From Chthonomonadales bacterium (lineage in GTDB: Bacteria; Armatimonadota; Chthonomonadetes; Chthonomonadales; CAJBBX01): a DNA stretch of 64,000 nucleotides. The translations under genes and the position numbers were made by a program. Positions 17,217 through 28,404 of the stretch are shown here, one piece after another. The notes under the pieces were generated by a model. The model did not search any database, had not been told where the DNA came from, and worked only from the letters and a program-made list of their open reading frames with translations. Each line of letters opens with the position of its first letter. Position 1 is the stretch's first letter. The stretch lies in NCBI GenBank assembly GCA_049967475.1, contig JBMFSQ010000001.1:150600-214599 (forward strand), written 5' to 3'.

Positions 17217-18588
17217 GATCATTGTTCAAAAGTTCGGCGGCACCTCCGTGGACAGCGACGCACATCGGAGGATGGCGGCGCGCAAGGTGATCGCGGCCAA
17301 AGAGGCCGGCTATGCTCCCGTGGTGGTGGTGAGCGCGATCGGGCGCGCCGGAGCGCCCTATGCTACGGACACTCTGGTGCGGGAGCTGAAATCTATTGAT
17401 CCCTCCACACCTCCGCACCCCCGCGAACTGGACATGATGATGGCCTGTGGAGAGATCATATCCACGGCGGTGATGGCCGTAACGCTGCAATCTATGGGAT
17501 ACCCGGCCATCGCCTTATCCGGAGGGCAGGCCGGCATCATTACCGATGACCAATTCGGCAATGCCCGCATCGTGGCGATCCACCCGAACTCCATCTTGAG
17601 GGCCATCGAGCGCGGGCAGATCCCGGTGGTATGCGGATTTCAGGGTGTCACGACGATCACGGAAGAAGCCGAGCATGGCTCGATTACGACGCTGGGGCGG
17701 GGTGGAAGCGACACCACTGCCGCAGCATTGGGTGCTGCACTCAAGGCTCAAGCCGTGGAGATCTACACGGACGTGGATGGTGTGAAGACGGCAGATCCGG
17801 ACTTCGTTCCCGACTGTCGCACGTTGGATGTGTGCACCTATGAGGAAGTGGCGGAGATTGCACACCAAGGTGCCAAGGTCGTACACCCGCGGGCAGCCGA
17901 GATTGCCATGGATCACGGCATTCCCCTTTGGGTGAAATCTACGTTTTCGGATGCCCCAGGAACCCGCATCGTCAGCGAAGCGGAGGTACCTGCCTCGGTG
18001 CGGCAGCGCATCACCGGCGTTACGCATACCGGCAAGATTGTCTTCATCCGGCTGGAGATCGCCAATGAGGCCCACAAGCCTCTGGTAGAGCAGGAAGTAT
18101 ATCGGCTCATGGCGAGGGCGGGCGTCAACATCTATCTGGTGAGCTTCAGTACGCACGCCATGTCTTTCGCCGTGTCCAGGGAACTGTATCCTGTCGCGCG
18201 GGATCTGCTGGATGGGATGGTGGTGCCTATCGGCAGCGATGCTGCAGCGCGCCCCATTTCCACCTTCTACATTTTTAAGTTTGCCGAGGGGCTGGATTTG
18301 GCCTACAGATCCCAGCGGCCCCTCTTGAGGCCGTTGGAGGGCATCATTGAGATCGTAGACGTGCCGGGCACGGTGTTCGAGAATGGTACCATGGTGTCTG
18401 TGATTGCGGGCCGTCATCGGCAGGTTCCGGGTATCATGGCGGCGATTTTCGAGACGCTGGTTGGCGCCGGGATCCAGATCTACCAGGTGGCGGATTCGAA
18501 TATGTCCATCTCTTGCCTGGTAGCCGAGAATGAGGCCGAGCGCGCGGTTCGGTTGTTGCACAGCCGCTTCAACTTAGGGGCTGCGTAG
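17209..18588 (+). CDS. dapG: Aspartate kinase (DapG/aspartokinase I-like)
   Basis: VQKFGGTSV, SAIGRAGAPYATDTL, TLGRGGSDTTA, YTDVDG, C-terminal ACT domains. Confidence 0.88.
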   Translation: MPRIIVQKFGGTSVDSDAHRRMAARKVIAAKEAGYAPVVVVSAIGRAGAPYATDTLVRELKSIDPSTPPHPRELDMMMACGEIISTAVMAVTLQSMGYPAIALSGGQAGIITDDQFGNARIVAIHPNSILRAIERGQIPVVCGFQGVTTITEEAEHGSITTLGRGGSDTTAAALGAALKAQAVEIYTDVDGVKTADPDFVPDCRTLDVCTYEEVAEIAHQGAKVVHPRAAEIAMDHGIPLWVKSTFSDAPGTRIVSEAEVPASVRQRITGVTHTGKIVFIRLEIANEAHKPLVEQEVYRLMARAGVNIYLVSFSTHAMSFAVSRELYPVARDLLDGMVVPIGSDAAARPISTFYIFKFAEGLDLAYRSQRPLLRPLEGIIEIVDVPGTVFENGTMVSVIAGRHRQVPGIMAAIFETLVGAGIQIYQVADSNMSISCLVAENEAERAVRLLHSRFNLGAA

Positions 18589-18599
18589 GGGCATCCTCA

Positions 18600-18932
18600 A
18601 TGGGAGGGTCGGACAAGGAAGAACGGCCTGAATCGGATGAGCAGGTACCGCCTCTTCCGGAGGTCCCGGAACCGCCCAAGGTAGAAGTGCGCCTTCCCCC
18701 GAAGGAAGCGCGCCAGACGGAGGATCTCGAGGCCGGATACCGGCGCATGGGCATCGCGTACACCATACCGATCGCCTTGGTGGCCCCTATTGTGCTGCTG
18801 ACGTTGCTGGGCGCCTGGCTGGATGGGCGATTGCGTCATTCGCCGGCGTTCACGCTGGGTGGTGCGTTGGTGGGTATCGTTGTAGGGCTACTCAATATGA
18901 TCCGCTTAGTGGCCCGGCTGAACAGGGAATGA
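18600..18932 (+). CDS. AtpZ/AtpI-family protein
   Basis: Two TM helices with LGAWLD..PAFTL; first gene of the atp cluster. Confidence 0.8.
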   Translation: MGGSDKEERPESDEQVPPLPEVPEPPKVEVRLPPKEARQTEDLEAGYRRMGIAYTIPIALVAPIVLLTLLGAWLDGRLRHSPAFTLGGALVGIVVGLLNMIRLVARLNRE

Positions 18933-19351
18933 AGGAGTACAGCATCCGGATGCCTGACGAGCAATTGCCAATCCGTGTATTGAAGACATCGGCGTGGGTT
19001 GCGTGCCTCGGCGCGCTGCTGCTGCTGGATCGCGGGTTGGCGGCTTGGGCGCTGGGTTGGGCCATCGGCTGCGGCCTCAGCATGCTGAGCCTGGCAAGTC
19101 TCACCTATTTGGTGCCGAGGCTCGTGTGGCCTGCGCGGCCGAGGGTCAAACTGCTGCTGGGTGTTGTGGTGCTCGTAAAGCTCCCGGTTTTGGCGGTGGT
19201 GCTGAATTACGCGATGGCAAGCCCACATGTGGCGCCGCTGGGAGTGTTCGTCGGCGCGGGTTTGACGCCGGCCATCATTGTTCTCAAAGTGTTGGGGTAT
19301 CAACTGTCACAACCGAACGCATCTGCAGGAGGATGGCGTTGCCGCAACTAG
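18929..19351 (+). CDS. atpI: ATP synthase protein I (4 TM)
   Basis: Four hydrophobic helices; lies immediately before atpB; ATGA overlap. Confidence 0.7.
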   Translation: MKEYSIRMPDEQLPIRVLKTSAWVACLGALLLLDRGLAAWALGWAIGCGLSMLSLASLTYLVPRLVWPARPRVKLLLGVVVLVKLPVLAVVLNYAMASPHVAPLGVFVGAGLTPAIIVLKVLGYQLSQPNASAGGWRCRN

Positions 19352-20202
19352 GGACACCGGTGCGGATAGCCCAAGGGCCGGCCGGCCACGAGCGCGCGGG
19401 TACAGAGGCGGGTGCGCCTGGTGGAGAGATCCACGCGTCGGCCGGCCCGCCGGAACATGAACAGTACAAGCTGGGCGACATTCCAAACCCGGGCATGCTC
19501 TTCTGGAATGCCGTGCTCGTGGCTGTGCTCCTTGTGGCCTTCGGCGCCGCCGCTACGCGCAAGATGCAGTCGGTTCCAAAGGGGCTGCAGAACTTCGGCG
19601 AATTCATTGTGGAGGTGTTCATCAACTTCACGCGAGGGGTGATCGGTCCTGGCGGGGAGAAATACGTGCCTTTGGCGGGCACGCTTTTTCTGTTCATCTT
19701 TGCCGGAAACATCTGGGGGCTCATCCCAGGTTTCCATTCGCCTACGGCGAATCTCAGTACTACGCTCGCGCTTGGCCTTATCGTGTTCTTCTACGTGCAA
19801 TACGTGGGCATTCGCTCCAACGGGCTCTGGGGATACATCAAGCACTTCATGGGTCCCATGCCGGCCGTAGCGATCCTGTTGTTTCCCATCGAGGTGATTA
19901 GTGAGCTCGTAAAGCCCTTCACACTGGCCATGCGCCTTTTTGGGAACATCTTCGGCGAGGACACTGTAGTGATCTTGTTGGCTACGCTCGCCATCAATAT
20001 GCTCAAGCCGGCGCCCATATTGCCGCTGCAGTTTCCCATCATGCTGCTTGCTCTGCTTACGGCGTTTGTTCAGGCGCTGGTGTTTACGCTGCTGACATGC
20101 ATCTATATTTCTTTGCAAAGTCACCATGACACCGATCATGAGGCCGAGCATGCTCTAGGGCACGGGCACGCGGGCATCGAGGAGAGCGGCCTGGTGCCGT
20201 AA
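19339..20202 (+). CDS. atpB: F0F1 ATP synthase subunit a
   Basis: PKGLQNFGE, SPTANLSTT, TLAMRLFGN, VQALVFTLL; AGGAGG RBS 6 nt before TTG 19339. Confidence 0.95.
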   Translation: MPQLGTPVRIAQGPAGHERAGTEAGAPGGEIHASAGPPEHEQYKLGDIPNPGMLFWNAVLVAVLLVAFGAAATRKMQSVPKGLQNFGEFIVEVFINFTRGVIGPGGEKYVPLAGTLFLFIFAGNIWGLIPGFHSPTANLSTTLALGLIVFFYVQYVGIRSNGLWGYIKHFMGPMPAVAILLFPIEVISELVKPFTLAMRLFGNIFGEDTVVILLATLAINMLKPAPILPLQFPIMLLALLTAFVQALVFTLLTCIYISLQSHHDTDHEAEHALGHGHAGIEESGLVP

Positions 20203-20274
20203 ACGACGCCTGATTTAGGGCGTACGGGTTGTAGCACAAACGACACCAACTGGAACAAGGAGAGGAGACACAGG

Positions 20275-20553
20275 ATGATCTACTTTGGTTTGCTTGCGCT
20301 GGGTGTGGCGCTGGGTTTGCCCATCGCCGTAATCGGCGGCGCATTGGGGCAGGGGCGGGCTGCGGTCGGAGCCCTGGAGGGCATGGCCCGCCAGCCGGAG
20401 GCTATAGGGCGCATCCAGACGGCGATGATCTTGGCACTGGCGTTTATCGAGTCCCTGGTGATCTTCACGTTCGTGTTTCTGTTCCTGCTGAAGGGAGCCA
20501 TGCCGAGCGATCCCAACGCCGTCCTTCAGGCTTTGCAGTCCTTGCCGAAGTAG
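20275..20553 (+). CDS. atpE: F0F1 ATP synthase subunit c
   Basis: GGALGQG..ARQPEA..FIESL. Confidence 0.95.
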   Translation: MIYFGLLALGVALGLPIAVIGGALGQGRAAVGALEGMARQPEAIGRIQTAMILALAFIESLVIFTFVFLFLLKGAMPSDPNAVLQALQSLPK

Positions 20554-20588
20554 GCGGCCAATCCCAATAACCGCGACCCGAGGGACCC

Positions 20589-21083
20589 ATGCTTCAGGAA
20601 CTCCTTAAGAGCCTGAATATTGATCCGCGCCTTATGCTCGCCAACGGCATTCTGTTCCTGGTGCTGCTTAAGGTATTGGACGCCCTCTTCTGGAAGCCCA
20701 TAATGCGGCATCTGGAACGGCGTCGGGCCGGCATCGACGAAGCCTATCGGCGGGTTGAAGAAACTCGACAGGAGATGGAGAACCTGCGGGCGGAATACCA
20801 AGGACGACTGGCCAAAATCGAGGCGGATGCCCGTATGCGCATCCAAGAGGCAGTGCGGGAGGCTCAGCGCCAGCGTGAAGAGGCGATCGCTCGGGCGCGT
20901 GAAGAGGCCGAGCAGATCATGCGGGATGGTGAGCAAGATGTGGCCCGCGAAGTCGAAGCCGCGATGACGGCCATGCGCGAAAACCTCGCCGTCGTAGCGG
21001 TAGGGGCGGTAAGCAAGGTGCTTCAAAAGGAACCCGGACCGGAGGTTCGCACCCGCGTGGAGGAATACCTGAGACAGGTCTGA
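20589..21083 (+). CDS. atpF: F0F1 ATP synthase subunit b/b'
   Basis: N-terminal TM, WKPI, long coiled coil. Confidence 0.88.
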   Translation: MLQELLKSLNIDPRLMLANGILFLVLLKVLDALFWKPIMRHLERRRAGIDEAYRRVEETRQEMENLRAEYQGRLAKIEADARMRIQEAVREAQRQREEAIARAREEAEQIMRDGEQDVAREVEAAMTAMRENLAVVAVGAVSKVLQKEPGPEVRTRVEEYLRQV

Positions 21084-21114
21084 TGCAGGCTGCAGAGGGA
21101 CACTAGGGGACAGT

Positions 21115-21642
21115 ATGGGCTTTCAATCTCCATGGGTACTGGAACATGTTCAAGGGGTTACGACCCTCCAGTGGTTTATTGTAACCCTTGTGGGCTTTCT
21201 GCTGCTGGTTTGGGTATGGGTTCGCTACATTTGGCCCTCCATGGTCGCCCAGCACCTGGAAGAACACCAGCGCAGGGTAGCCGAGGCCATCCAAGAGGTG
21301 GACCATGCCCTGGCGGAGATGGACCGCCTTCGTGATGATTACCGGTCAAGGTTGGATCGCATCGAAGAGGAGACGCAGCGACGCATGGCCGAGGCAGTGG
21401 CGGAGGCTGAGGCGCTGCGGGAGCAGATCATCGCGGAAGGGCGGGCTTCGGCCGATGCCATCGTCGCCAGAGGCCGCCAGGAAGTGGAAAGAGAACGGGC
21501 CAAAGCGCGGGTGCGGCTGCGGGGTATGTTTGTGGATCTCGTAATTAACGCCGCACGCGCTGCGGCCCCGGATGCGCTGGATGGCACGGATCACCGGAGG
21601 TTGATTGACCGCTTCATTCACGATGTAGGAGGTGCCCATTGA
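21115..21642 (+). CDS. atpF: F0F1 ATP synthase second b-type subunit
   Basis: N-terminal TM, YIWP, coiled coil, C-terminal HRRLIDRFI. Confidence 0.85.
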   Translation: MGFQSPWVLEHVQGVTTLQWFIVTLVGFLLLVWVWVRYIWPSMVAQHLEEHQRRVAEAIQEVDHALAEMDRLRDDYRSRLDRIEEETQRRMAEAVAEAEALREQIIAEGRASADAIVARGRQEVERERAKARVRLRGMFVDLVINAARAAAPDALDGTDHRRLIDRFIHDVGGAH

Positions 21643-22190
21643 GCGGGCGTGCCGACGCGCGGGCAGGCCGGCGCTACGCTGCCGCGCTCTTCAACACGGC
21701 TCTTGCCCATGGGGCCGCAGAGGCCGTTCGCGAAGATCTTCGCCAACTCGCATCGTTGTGGGCGAGCATGCCGCTCTTACGCCGGAGCTTGGAGAGCCCC
21801 CTGATGCCGGCGGCCCGCAAACGCGAAGTGGTAGACCAAGTGCTGGCTCCCAGGCTTCACGAGCTTACAGTGCGCTTCTTGCACCTTTTGATCGGCAAGC
21901 GGCGGGAGGAAATCCTGCCGGACGTCCAGCGCACCTACGATCGTATGGCGGATTTGCAGCAGGGCATCGTGCGCGCTGAGGCTGTGACGGCGGTGGAACT
22001 GGATGACGTGCAGCGTGCGGCTCTCGTGGAGGCGTTGGAGCGGCGCACGGGACGGAATGTAGATCTCACGGTACGCGTGGATCCGGCAATCATCGGTGGA
22101 GTGGTGGTTCAGCTCGAAGACACGGTAATAGACGGCAGCGTGCGCGGCGCCCTTGAAAGGCTGCGTGAACAGATGCTTGGAGAAGAGTAA
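21639..22190 (+). CDS. atpH: F1 ATP synthase subunit delta
   Basis: RRYAAALF, VDPAIIGG, IDGSVRG; AGGAGG RBS and TTG start. Confidence 0.93.
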   Translation: MSGRADARAGRRYAAALFNTALAHGAAEAVREDLRQLASLWASMPLLRRSLESPLMPAARKREVVDQVLAPRLHELTVRFLHLLIGKRREEILPDVQRTYDRMADLQQGIVRAEAVTAVELDDVQRAALVEALERRTGRNVDLTVRVDPAIIGGVVVQLEDTVIDGSVRGALERLREQMLGEE

Positions 22191-22257
22191 GCCGGACGGG
22201 CGTCCGTAGGCCGGATGGGCGCCATGGACATCACAGAGGCTGCGAGGGAGAGGAAAC

Positions 22258-23952
<1,695 letters not shown>

Positions 23953-23985
23953 CGGGACACCCGGCTGAGCAGATGGTTGCACAAA

Positions 23986-24015
23986 CAGCCCCTCCCACGT
24001 GTTGCGGAGGGGCTG
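23986..24015. terminator. GC-rich hairpin between convergent atpA and DUF2905 genes
   Basis: CAGCCCCTCC...GGAGGGGCTG 10-bp stem; followed by TTTGT on the minus strand. Confidence 0.6.
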
Positions 24016-24039
24016 CGTGCATGCGCTTGGCCCACATCC

Positions 24040-24255
24040 TCAGCGTCGCCGGAAAAGCAGATTGAGGAGGATGGTGAGGACAAGGCTCACCAGAAGGCTG
24101 GACACGATGGGGAAGTAGAAAGTGAAACCGCCCTTGCGCACAAGGATGTCGCCCGGGAGGCGCGGAGCGCCGAACCTGCCCAGCACGAGCAGGACGCCTC
24201 CGAGCACAGCCAAGAGAAAGCCGAACAGGATAAGACTTTTGCCAAGTTCTGTCAT
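24040..24255 (-). CDS. DUF2905-family small membrane protein
   Basis: LGKSLI..RLPGDI..FTFYFPIVSSLLVSLVLT. Confidence 0.85.
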   Translation of the reverse strand: MTELGKSLILFGFLLAVLGGVLLVLGRFGAPRLPGDILVRKGGFTFYFPIVSSLLVSLVLTILLNLLFRRR

Positions 24256-24308
24256 GGCGGTTTGCGGTGGGGCTGCCGATCCGTTTGCAGACCGGCAGCC
24301 CAAGCGCG

Positions 24309-24713
24309 TCAATCAACGGTTACAGGGATCTTCTTGGGTTTGGCTGCTTCCGCCTTTGGCAGATTGAGTGTCAGAACCCCGTGCTTGAGCTCTGCGGTAA
24401 TGCGGCTCACATCCACCGCGTCGCTCAACTGGAACTGGCGGAAGAAGTTTACCAGCTCGAACTCCGAATAAGACGGGTCAACAGGAAGCGCGTGTTTCGC
24501 CCGGCCTTGAATGGTGAGGACGTCGTCCTTCACGTCCACACTCAGGGCGTCCCGGCTCACTCCGGGCAGATCTGCCACGAGCGTGAGGCCATCGGGAGTT
24601 TCATAGATATCCACCGGGGGAGCAAGGTACTGCTCCTGGGCCCGTGTACCCTCTCTTGTCGTGCTCTGTGTTCCGCCGTGCGGCGCAGGCTGCGGAATGG
24701 TCTTTTCGGCCAT
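24309..24713 (-). CDS. Hsp20/alpha-crystallin small heat shock protein
   Basis: PPVDIYE, ADLPGV, AELKHGVLTLNLPK, PKKIPV. Confidence 0.93.
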   Translation of the reverse strand: MAEKTIPQPAPHGGTQSTTREGTRAQEQYLAPPVDIYETPDGLTLVADLPGVSRDALSVDVKDDVLTIQGRAKHALPVDPSYSEFELVNFFRQFQLSDAVDVSRITAELKHGVLTLNLPKAEAAKPKKIPVTVD

Positions 24714-24746
24714 AATGTCTTCTCCTCCTTGCAGAACCGTCTGCTG

Positions 24747-25211
24747 CTAGCTTACCGTTACCTTGATTTGTCGCGGTTTGGCTTCCTCCGCCTTGGGGAT
24801 TGTGATGAGGAGCAAACCATCGGCATACTTGGCCGAAATGCGGGCGCTGTCTACTTCTACTGGAAGCTCGATCGTCCGCACGAACTTGCCGGCAGCGCGC
24901 TCGCAGCGATGGAAGGCTTCCTGGGGCACGTTACCGGGACTGGGCTTCTGCCCGCTGATCGTGAGGGTATTGCGCACGGCTGTAACCTCAAGCGATTGAG
25001 GGTCCAGGCCGGGCGCAAGAGCCTCCACGTAGAGGTTATCTCGGTCGTCTGCCAGGTTGATGAGGGGATAGGTGCGCGCAGAGCGACCGGGCAAAAAACT
25101 GGACCGTCGCCATGCCTCGCGCGGAGCAGTAGTGCCGGTAGTGGCGCTCAGCAGCCGCTCGAGTTCACGCAAGCGCTCATCTACTTCATGGAAGGGATCC
25201 CATGCTCGCAC
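24747..25211 (-). CDS. Hsp20/alpha-crystallin small heat shock protein
   Basis: WDPF, YPLINL, GKFVRTIELP, AKYADGLLLITIPK; AAAGGAG RBS and GTG start. Confidence 0.93.
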   Translation of the reverse strand: MRAWDPFHEVDERLRELERLLSATTGTTAPREAWRRSSFLPGRSARTYPLINLADDRDNLYVEALAPGLDPQSLEVTAVRNTLTISGQKPSPGNVPQEAFHRCERAAGKFVRTIELPVEVDSARISAKYADGLLLITIPKAEEAKPRQIKVTVS

Positions 25212-25268
25212 CGTTTTTATCTCCTTTCTGTTCGATCTCCAGGCGGCGGAAGCCACCCGGGTACGTCG

Positions 25269-27911
25269 TCAGTTCACGACGGGTGCCGGCTCCTCCCGGG
25301 GAGCAGCCTCGTGGCGCACCACCAGGTTGCCGGCCTCCACATCCACGATGATTGTGGACCCGTCGGGTATGTCGCCTGCAATGAGAGCACGGCCGATGCG
25401 CGTTTCAAGCGAGCGCTGGATAAGGCGCTTGAGCGGCCGGGCTCCGTACACTGGGTCGTAGCCCTGTTGGGCAAGCAGCCGCCGTGCGGCCTCAGTAAGC
25501 TGGAGGGCGATGCCGCGATCGCGCAGCCGGGCTCGGAGCAGATCCACCTGCAGATCTACGATGCGCTCGATCTCGGTCAGCGTGAGCGGCTTGAAGATCA
25601 CGATCTCGTCTACGCGGTTGAGGAATTCCGGCCGCGTGTGGGCCCGAAGCTCTGCCATTACTTGTTGGCGCGCCGCGTCGGTGATCTCGCCTCTGGCCGT
25701 CACACCGTTCAGCAGATAATGCGACCCGATGTTGCTGGTCATGATGATGACGGTGTTTTTGAAGTCCACCGTGCGGCCTTGGGCATCGGTGAGGCGGCCG
25801 TCATCCAAAATCTGCAGCATCACATTGGACACGTCCGGGTGGGCCTTTTCGAACTCATCGAACAGGATGACGCAGTAGGGATGGCGCCGGACGGCCTCGG
25901 TAAGCTGCCCGCCTTCCTCATATCCCACGTATCCGGGGGGCGCACCGATCAACCGAGACACGGTGTGCTTCTCCATATACTCCGACATGTCTATGCGCAC
26001 CATGTTCTCTTCGCTGTCGAAGAGCGCTTCAGCCAGGGCTCGGGCAAGCTCGGTCTTGCCTACTCCGGTGGGGCCCAGGAAGATGAACGATCCTATGGGT
26101 CGCCGGGGGTCTTTGATGCCCGCTCGGGCGCGGATGACGGCGTCGGCTACGAGCTGCACGGCCTCATCCTGACCCACTACGCGCTTGTGGAGCAGTTCGT
26201 CCAAGTGCAGGAGCTTCTCGCGCTCACCTTCTACCAGGCGCGTTACCGGGATGCCGGTCCACTTGCTTACAATCTCGGCGATTTCGTTCTCCGTTACCTC
26301 TTCACGCAGGAGGCGTGCTCCGCCTTGCTCCTGCAGGAGGCGGTCGCTTTCGGCCTGAAGCTGCTTCTCCAGGGCCGGCAGGCGGCCATATCTCAATTCT
26401 GCCGCTTTATTCAGGTTGTACTCGCGCTCCGCAGCTTCAATCTCCCGGCGCACCTGCTCGATCTCATCTCTGAGAGCCTGCACCCTCTTGATGGCAGCCT
26501 TCTCGGCCTCCCACTGGGCTTTCATGGCCGATGCGCGCTCCCGGAGGTCCGCCAGCTCCTTGCGGAGGTTTTCCAGCCGCTCGAGGCTTGCCTTGTCCTT
26601 CTCTTTCTTGAGGGCCTGCTCCTCGATCTCGAGCTGCATCACGCGCCGAGTGATTTCATCCAGTTCTGCAGGCATGGAGTCGATTTCCGACCGGATCATG
26701 GCGCACGCTTCGTCCACGAGATCTATAGCCTTGTCCGGCAAGAACCGATCGGTTACGTATCGGTTCGAAAGGACGGCGGCGGCCACCAGGGCATTGTCTT
26801 GGATACGGACGCCGTGATGCACTTCGAAGCGTTCGCGCAGACCCCGAAGGATGGAAATAGTGTCTTCCACTGTGGGAGGATCCACCATCACGGGCTGGAA
26901 GCGTCGTTCCAGAGCTGCATCCTTTTCGATATGCTTTCGGTACTCATCCAGTGTAGTGGCGCCGATGCAGTGGAGTTCTCCACGGGCAAGCATAGGCTTG
27001 AGCATGTTGCCTGCATCCATGGCTCCTTCCGCCTTGCCTGCTCCGACAATGGTGTGCAGCTCGTCTATGAACAGGAGGATGCGGCCTTCGCTTTGTTTGA
27101 TTTCATTGAGGACCGCTTTGAGGCGCTCTTCGAATTCGCCGCGGTACTTGGCTCCTGCAATGAGAGCCCCCATGTCCAATGCGAAGATGCTCTTGTCCCG
27201 GAGGCCCTCGGGAACATCCCCGCGAACGATGCGCTGGGCAAGTCCTTCTACGATCGCGGTTTTACCTACGCCGGGTTCTCCGATGAGGACGGGGTTGTTC
27301 TTCGTTTTACGCAGGAGGATGCGCACCACGCGGCGTATCTCGGCGTCCCTCCCGATGACGGGATCGAGCTTGCCCCGCCGGGCTTCATCAACGAGGTCCC
27401 TGCCGTAGCGCTCCAGGGCTTCGTAGGTGCTTTCAGGTGTAGCGCTGGTGACGCGTTGGTTTCCGCGCACATCTGTAAGGGTCTTGAGAAAGGTGTCGCG
27501 CGTGACGCCTGCTTCCCGGAGGATGCGTCCTACCGCCGTGGAAGCTCCCTCCTCGATCATGGCGAGGACGATATGCTCCACGCTTACGTACTCATCTTTG
27601 AGGCGGCGCGCCTCGTCATCGGCCTTAACCAGGATCTGGTTGAGGCGTTGGGTAATATAGACTTTGCCTGCTTCGGCCCCGGGACCTGCCACTCGGGGAC
27701 GCCGCTCCAGCTCCTGCTCTACACGGCGCAGCAGATGCTCCGGCGCGATGTTCATGCGCTGTAAGAGGCGGGGCAACAGACCATCATGCTGCTCGAGCAA
27801 AGCGGCTAGAAGATGCTCGGCATCCACTTCTATATGGCCATAGCGGGTTGCTTTAACTTGGGCCTGGCTGATTGCTTCCTGCGACTTTTGAGTAAGGCGG
27901 TTGAGATCCAT
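25269..27911 (-). CDS. clpB: ATP-dependent chaperone ClpB
   Basis: Two AAA+ modules ([16 protein letters not shown]), long coiled-coil M domain, GAPPGYVGY. Confidence 0.97.
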   Translation of the reverse strand: MDLNRLTQKSQEAISQAQVKATRYGHIEVDAEHLLAALLEQHDGLLPRLLQRMNIAPEHLLRRVEQELERRPRVAGPGAEAGKVYITQRLNQILVKADDEARRLKDEYVSVEHIVLAMIEEGASTAVGRILREAGVTRDTFLKTLTDVRGNQRVTSATPESTYEALERYGRDLVDEARRGKLDPVIGRDAEIRRVVRILLRKTKNNPVLIGEPGVGKTAIVEGLAQRIVRGDVPEGLRDKSIFALDMGALIAGAKYRGEFEERLKAVLNEIKQSEGRILLFIDELHTIVGAGKAEGAMDAGNMLKPMLARGELHCIGATTLDEYRKHIEKDAALERRFQPVMVDPPTVEDTISILRGLRERFEVHHGVRIQDNALVAAAVLSNRYVTDRFLPDKAIDLVDEACAMIRSEIDSMPAELDEITRRVMQLEIEEQALKKEKDKASLERLENLRKELADLRERASAMKAQWEAEKAAIKRVQALRDEIEQVRREIEAAEREYNLNKAAELRYGRLPALEKQLQAESDRLLQEQGGARLLREEVTENEIAEIVSKWTGIPVTRLVEGEREKLLHLDELLHKRVVGQDEAVQLVADAVIRARAGIKDPRRPIGSFIFLGPTGVGKTELARALAEALFDSEENMVRIDMSEYMEKHTVSRLIGAPPGYVGYEEGGQLTEAVRRHPYCVILFDEFEKAHPDVSNVMLQILDDGRLTDAQGRTVDFKNTVIIMTSNIGSHYLLNGVTARGEITDAARQQVMAELRAHTRPEFLNRVDEIVIFKPLTLTEIERIVDLQVDLLRARLRDRGIALQLTEAARRLLAQQGYDPVYGARPLKRLIQRSLETRIGRALIAGDIPDGSTIIVDVEAGNLVVRHEAAPREEPAPVVN

Positions 27912-27996
27912 GGTTTGCCCTCTTGAGATGGCGCCGCTGGTCCGCGAAGGACGGTTGGTGCCGCATGATTAATATTATGTGCATGCACTAAGACAG

Positions 27997-28017
27997 CTTG
28001 AGCGTCTTATTGTCAAT
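27997..28017. promoter_or_regulatory. HAIR-like (HspR) operator overlapping a TTGACA -35 upstream of clpB
   Basis: CTTGAGC-N7-TGTCAAT versus HAIR consensus CTTGAGT-N7-ACTCAAG; located in the AT-rich clpB upstream region. Confidence 0.5.
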
Positions 28018-28278
28018 TCACCCTTCTATACGAGACTGCTTGGCGGACAGTTCCATGGAAGGCGCAGGCGCCTGTTCCTTTTGGCCGCGGGCCTGCCGCA
28101 TCCACTGTCGGACGGCAGGGAGCTGATCTGGGCGGATATAGAGGGTCCAGATCGTGCCATCGGGCACTTCCACCTCGATCGGCAGTCGGTAGTCTTCATC
28201 CGGCCAGAAGAGGTGTCGGAATTCCGATCGGAAGGCTTGGTATTCTTGGAATGTGAGACGCACGGCGCACCTCGCCAC
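28018..28278 (-). CDS. Small hypothetical protein
   Basis: 86-aa ORF filling the clpB-dxr gap with plausible composition and an upstream TACAAT; no recognised family. Confidence 0.4.
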   Translation of the reverse strand: MARCAVRLTFQEYQAFRSEFRHLFWPDEDYRLPIEVEVPDGTIWTLYIRPDQLPAVRQWMRQARGQKEQAPAPSMELSAKQSRIEG

Positions 28279-28404
28279 CGGCGATGCTTCATAGCGGAGA
28301 ATGTTCGCCTACTTATTGTACGCGGCATGGAAAGAAGTTGTTCGCTCGGTGTTGGATAGGCAGCTTGGCCGAGGAGGAGACGCATAACGGAACGGAGGAC
28401 GGGA

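Noticed and set aside
24267..27764. 1165-aa plus-strand ORF
   Set aside because: Antisense shadow of clpB and the hsp20 genes; typical of GC-rich codon bias, with no recognisable motifs
27960..27995. CIRCE (HrcA) operator upstream of clpB
   Set aside because: The palindromes present do not match TTAGCACTC-N9-GAGTGCTAA
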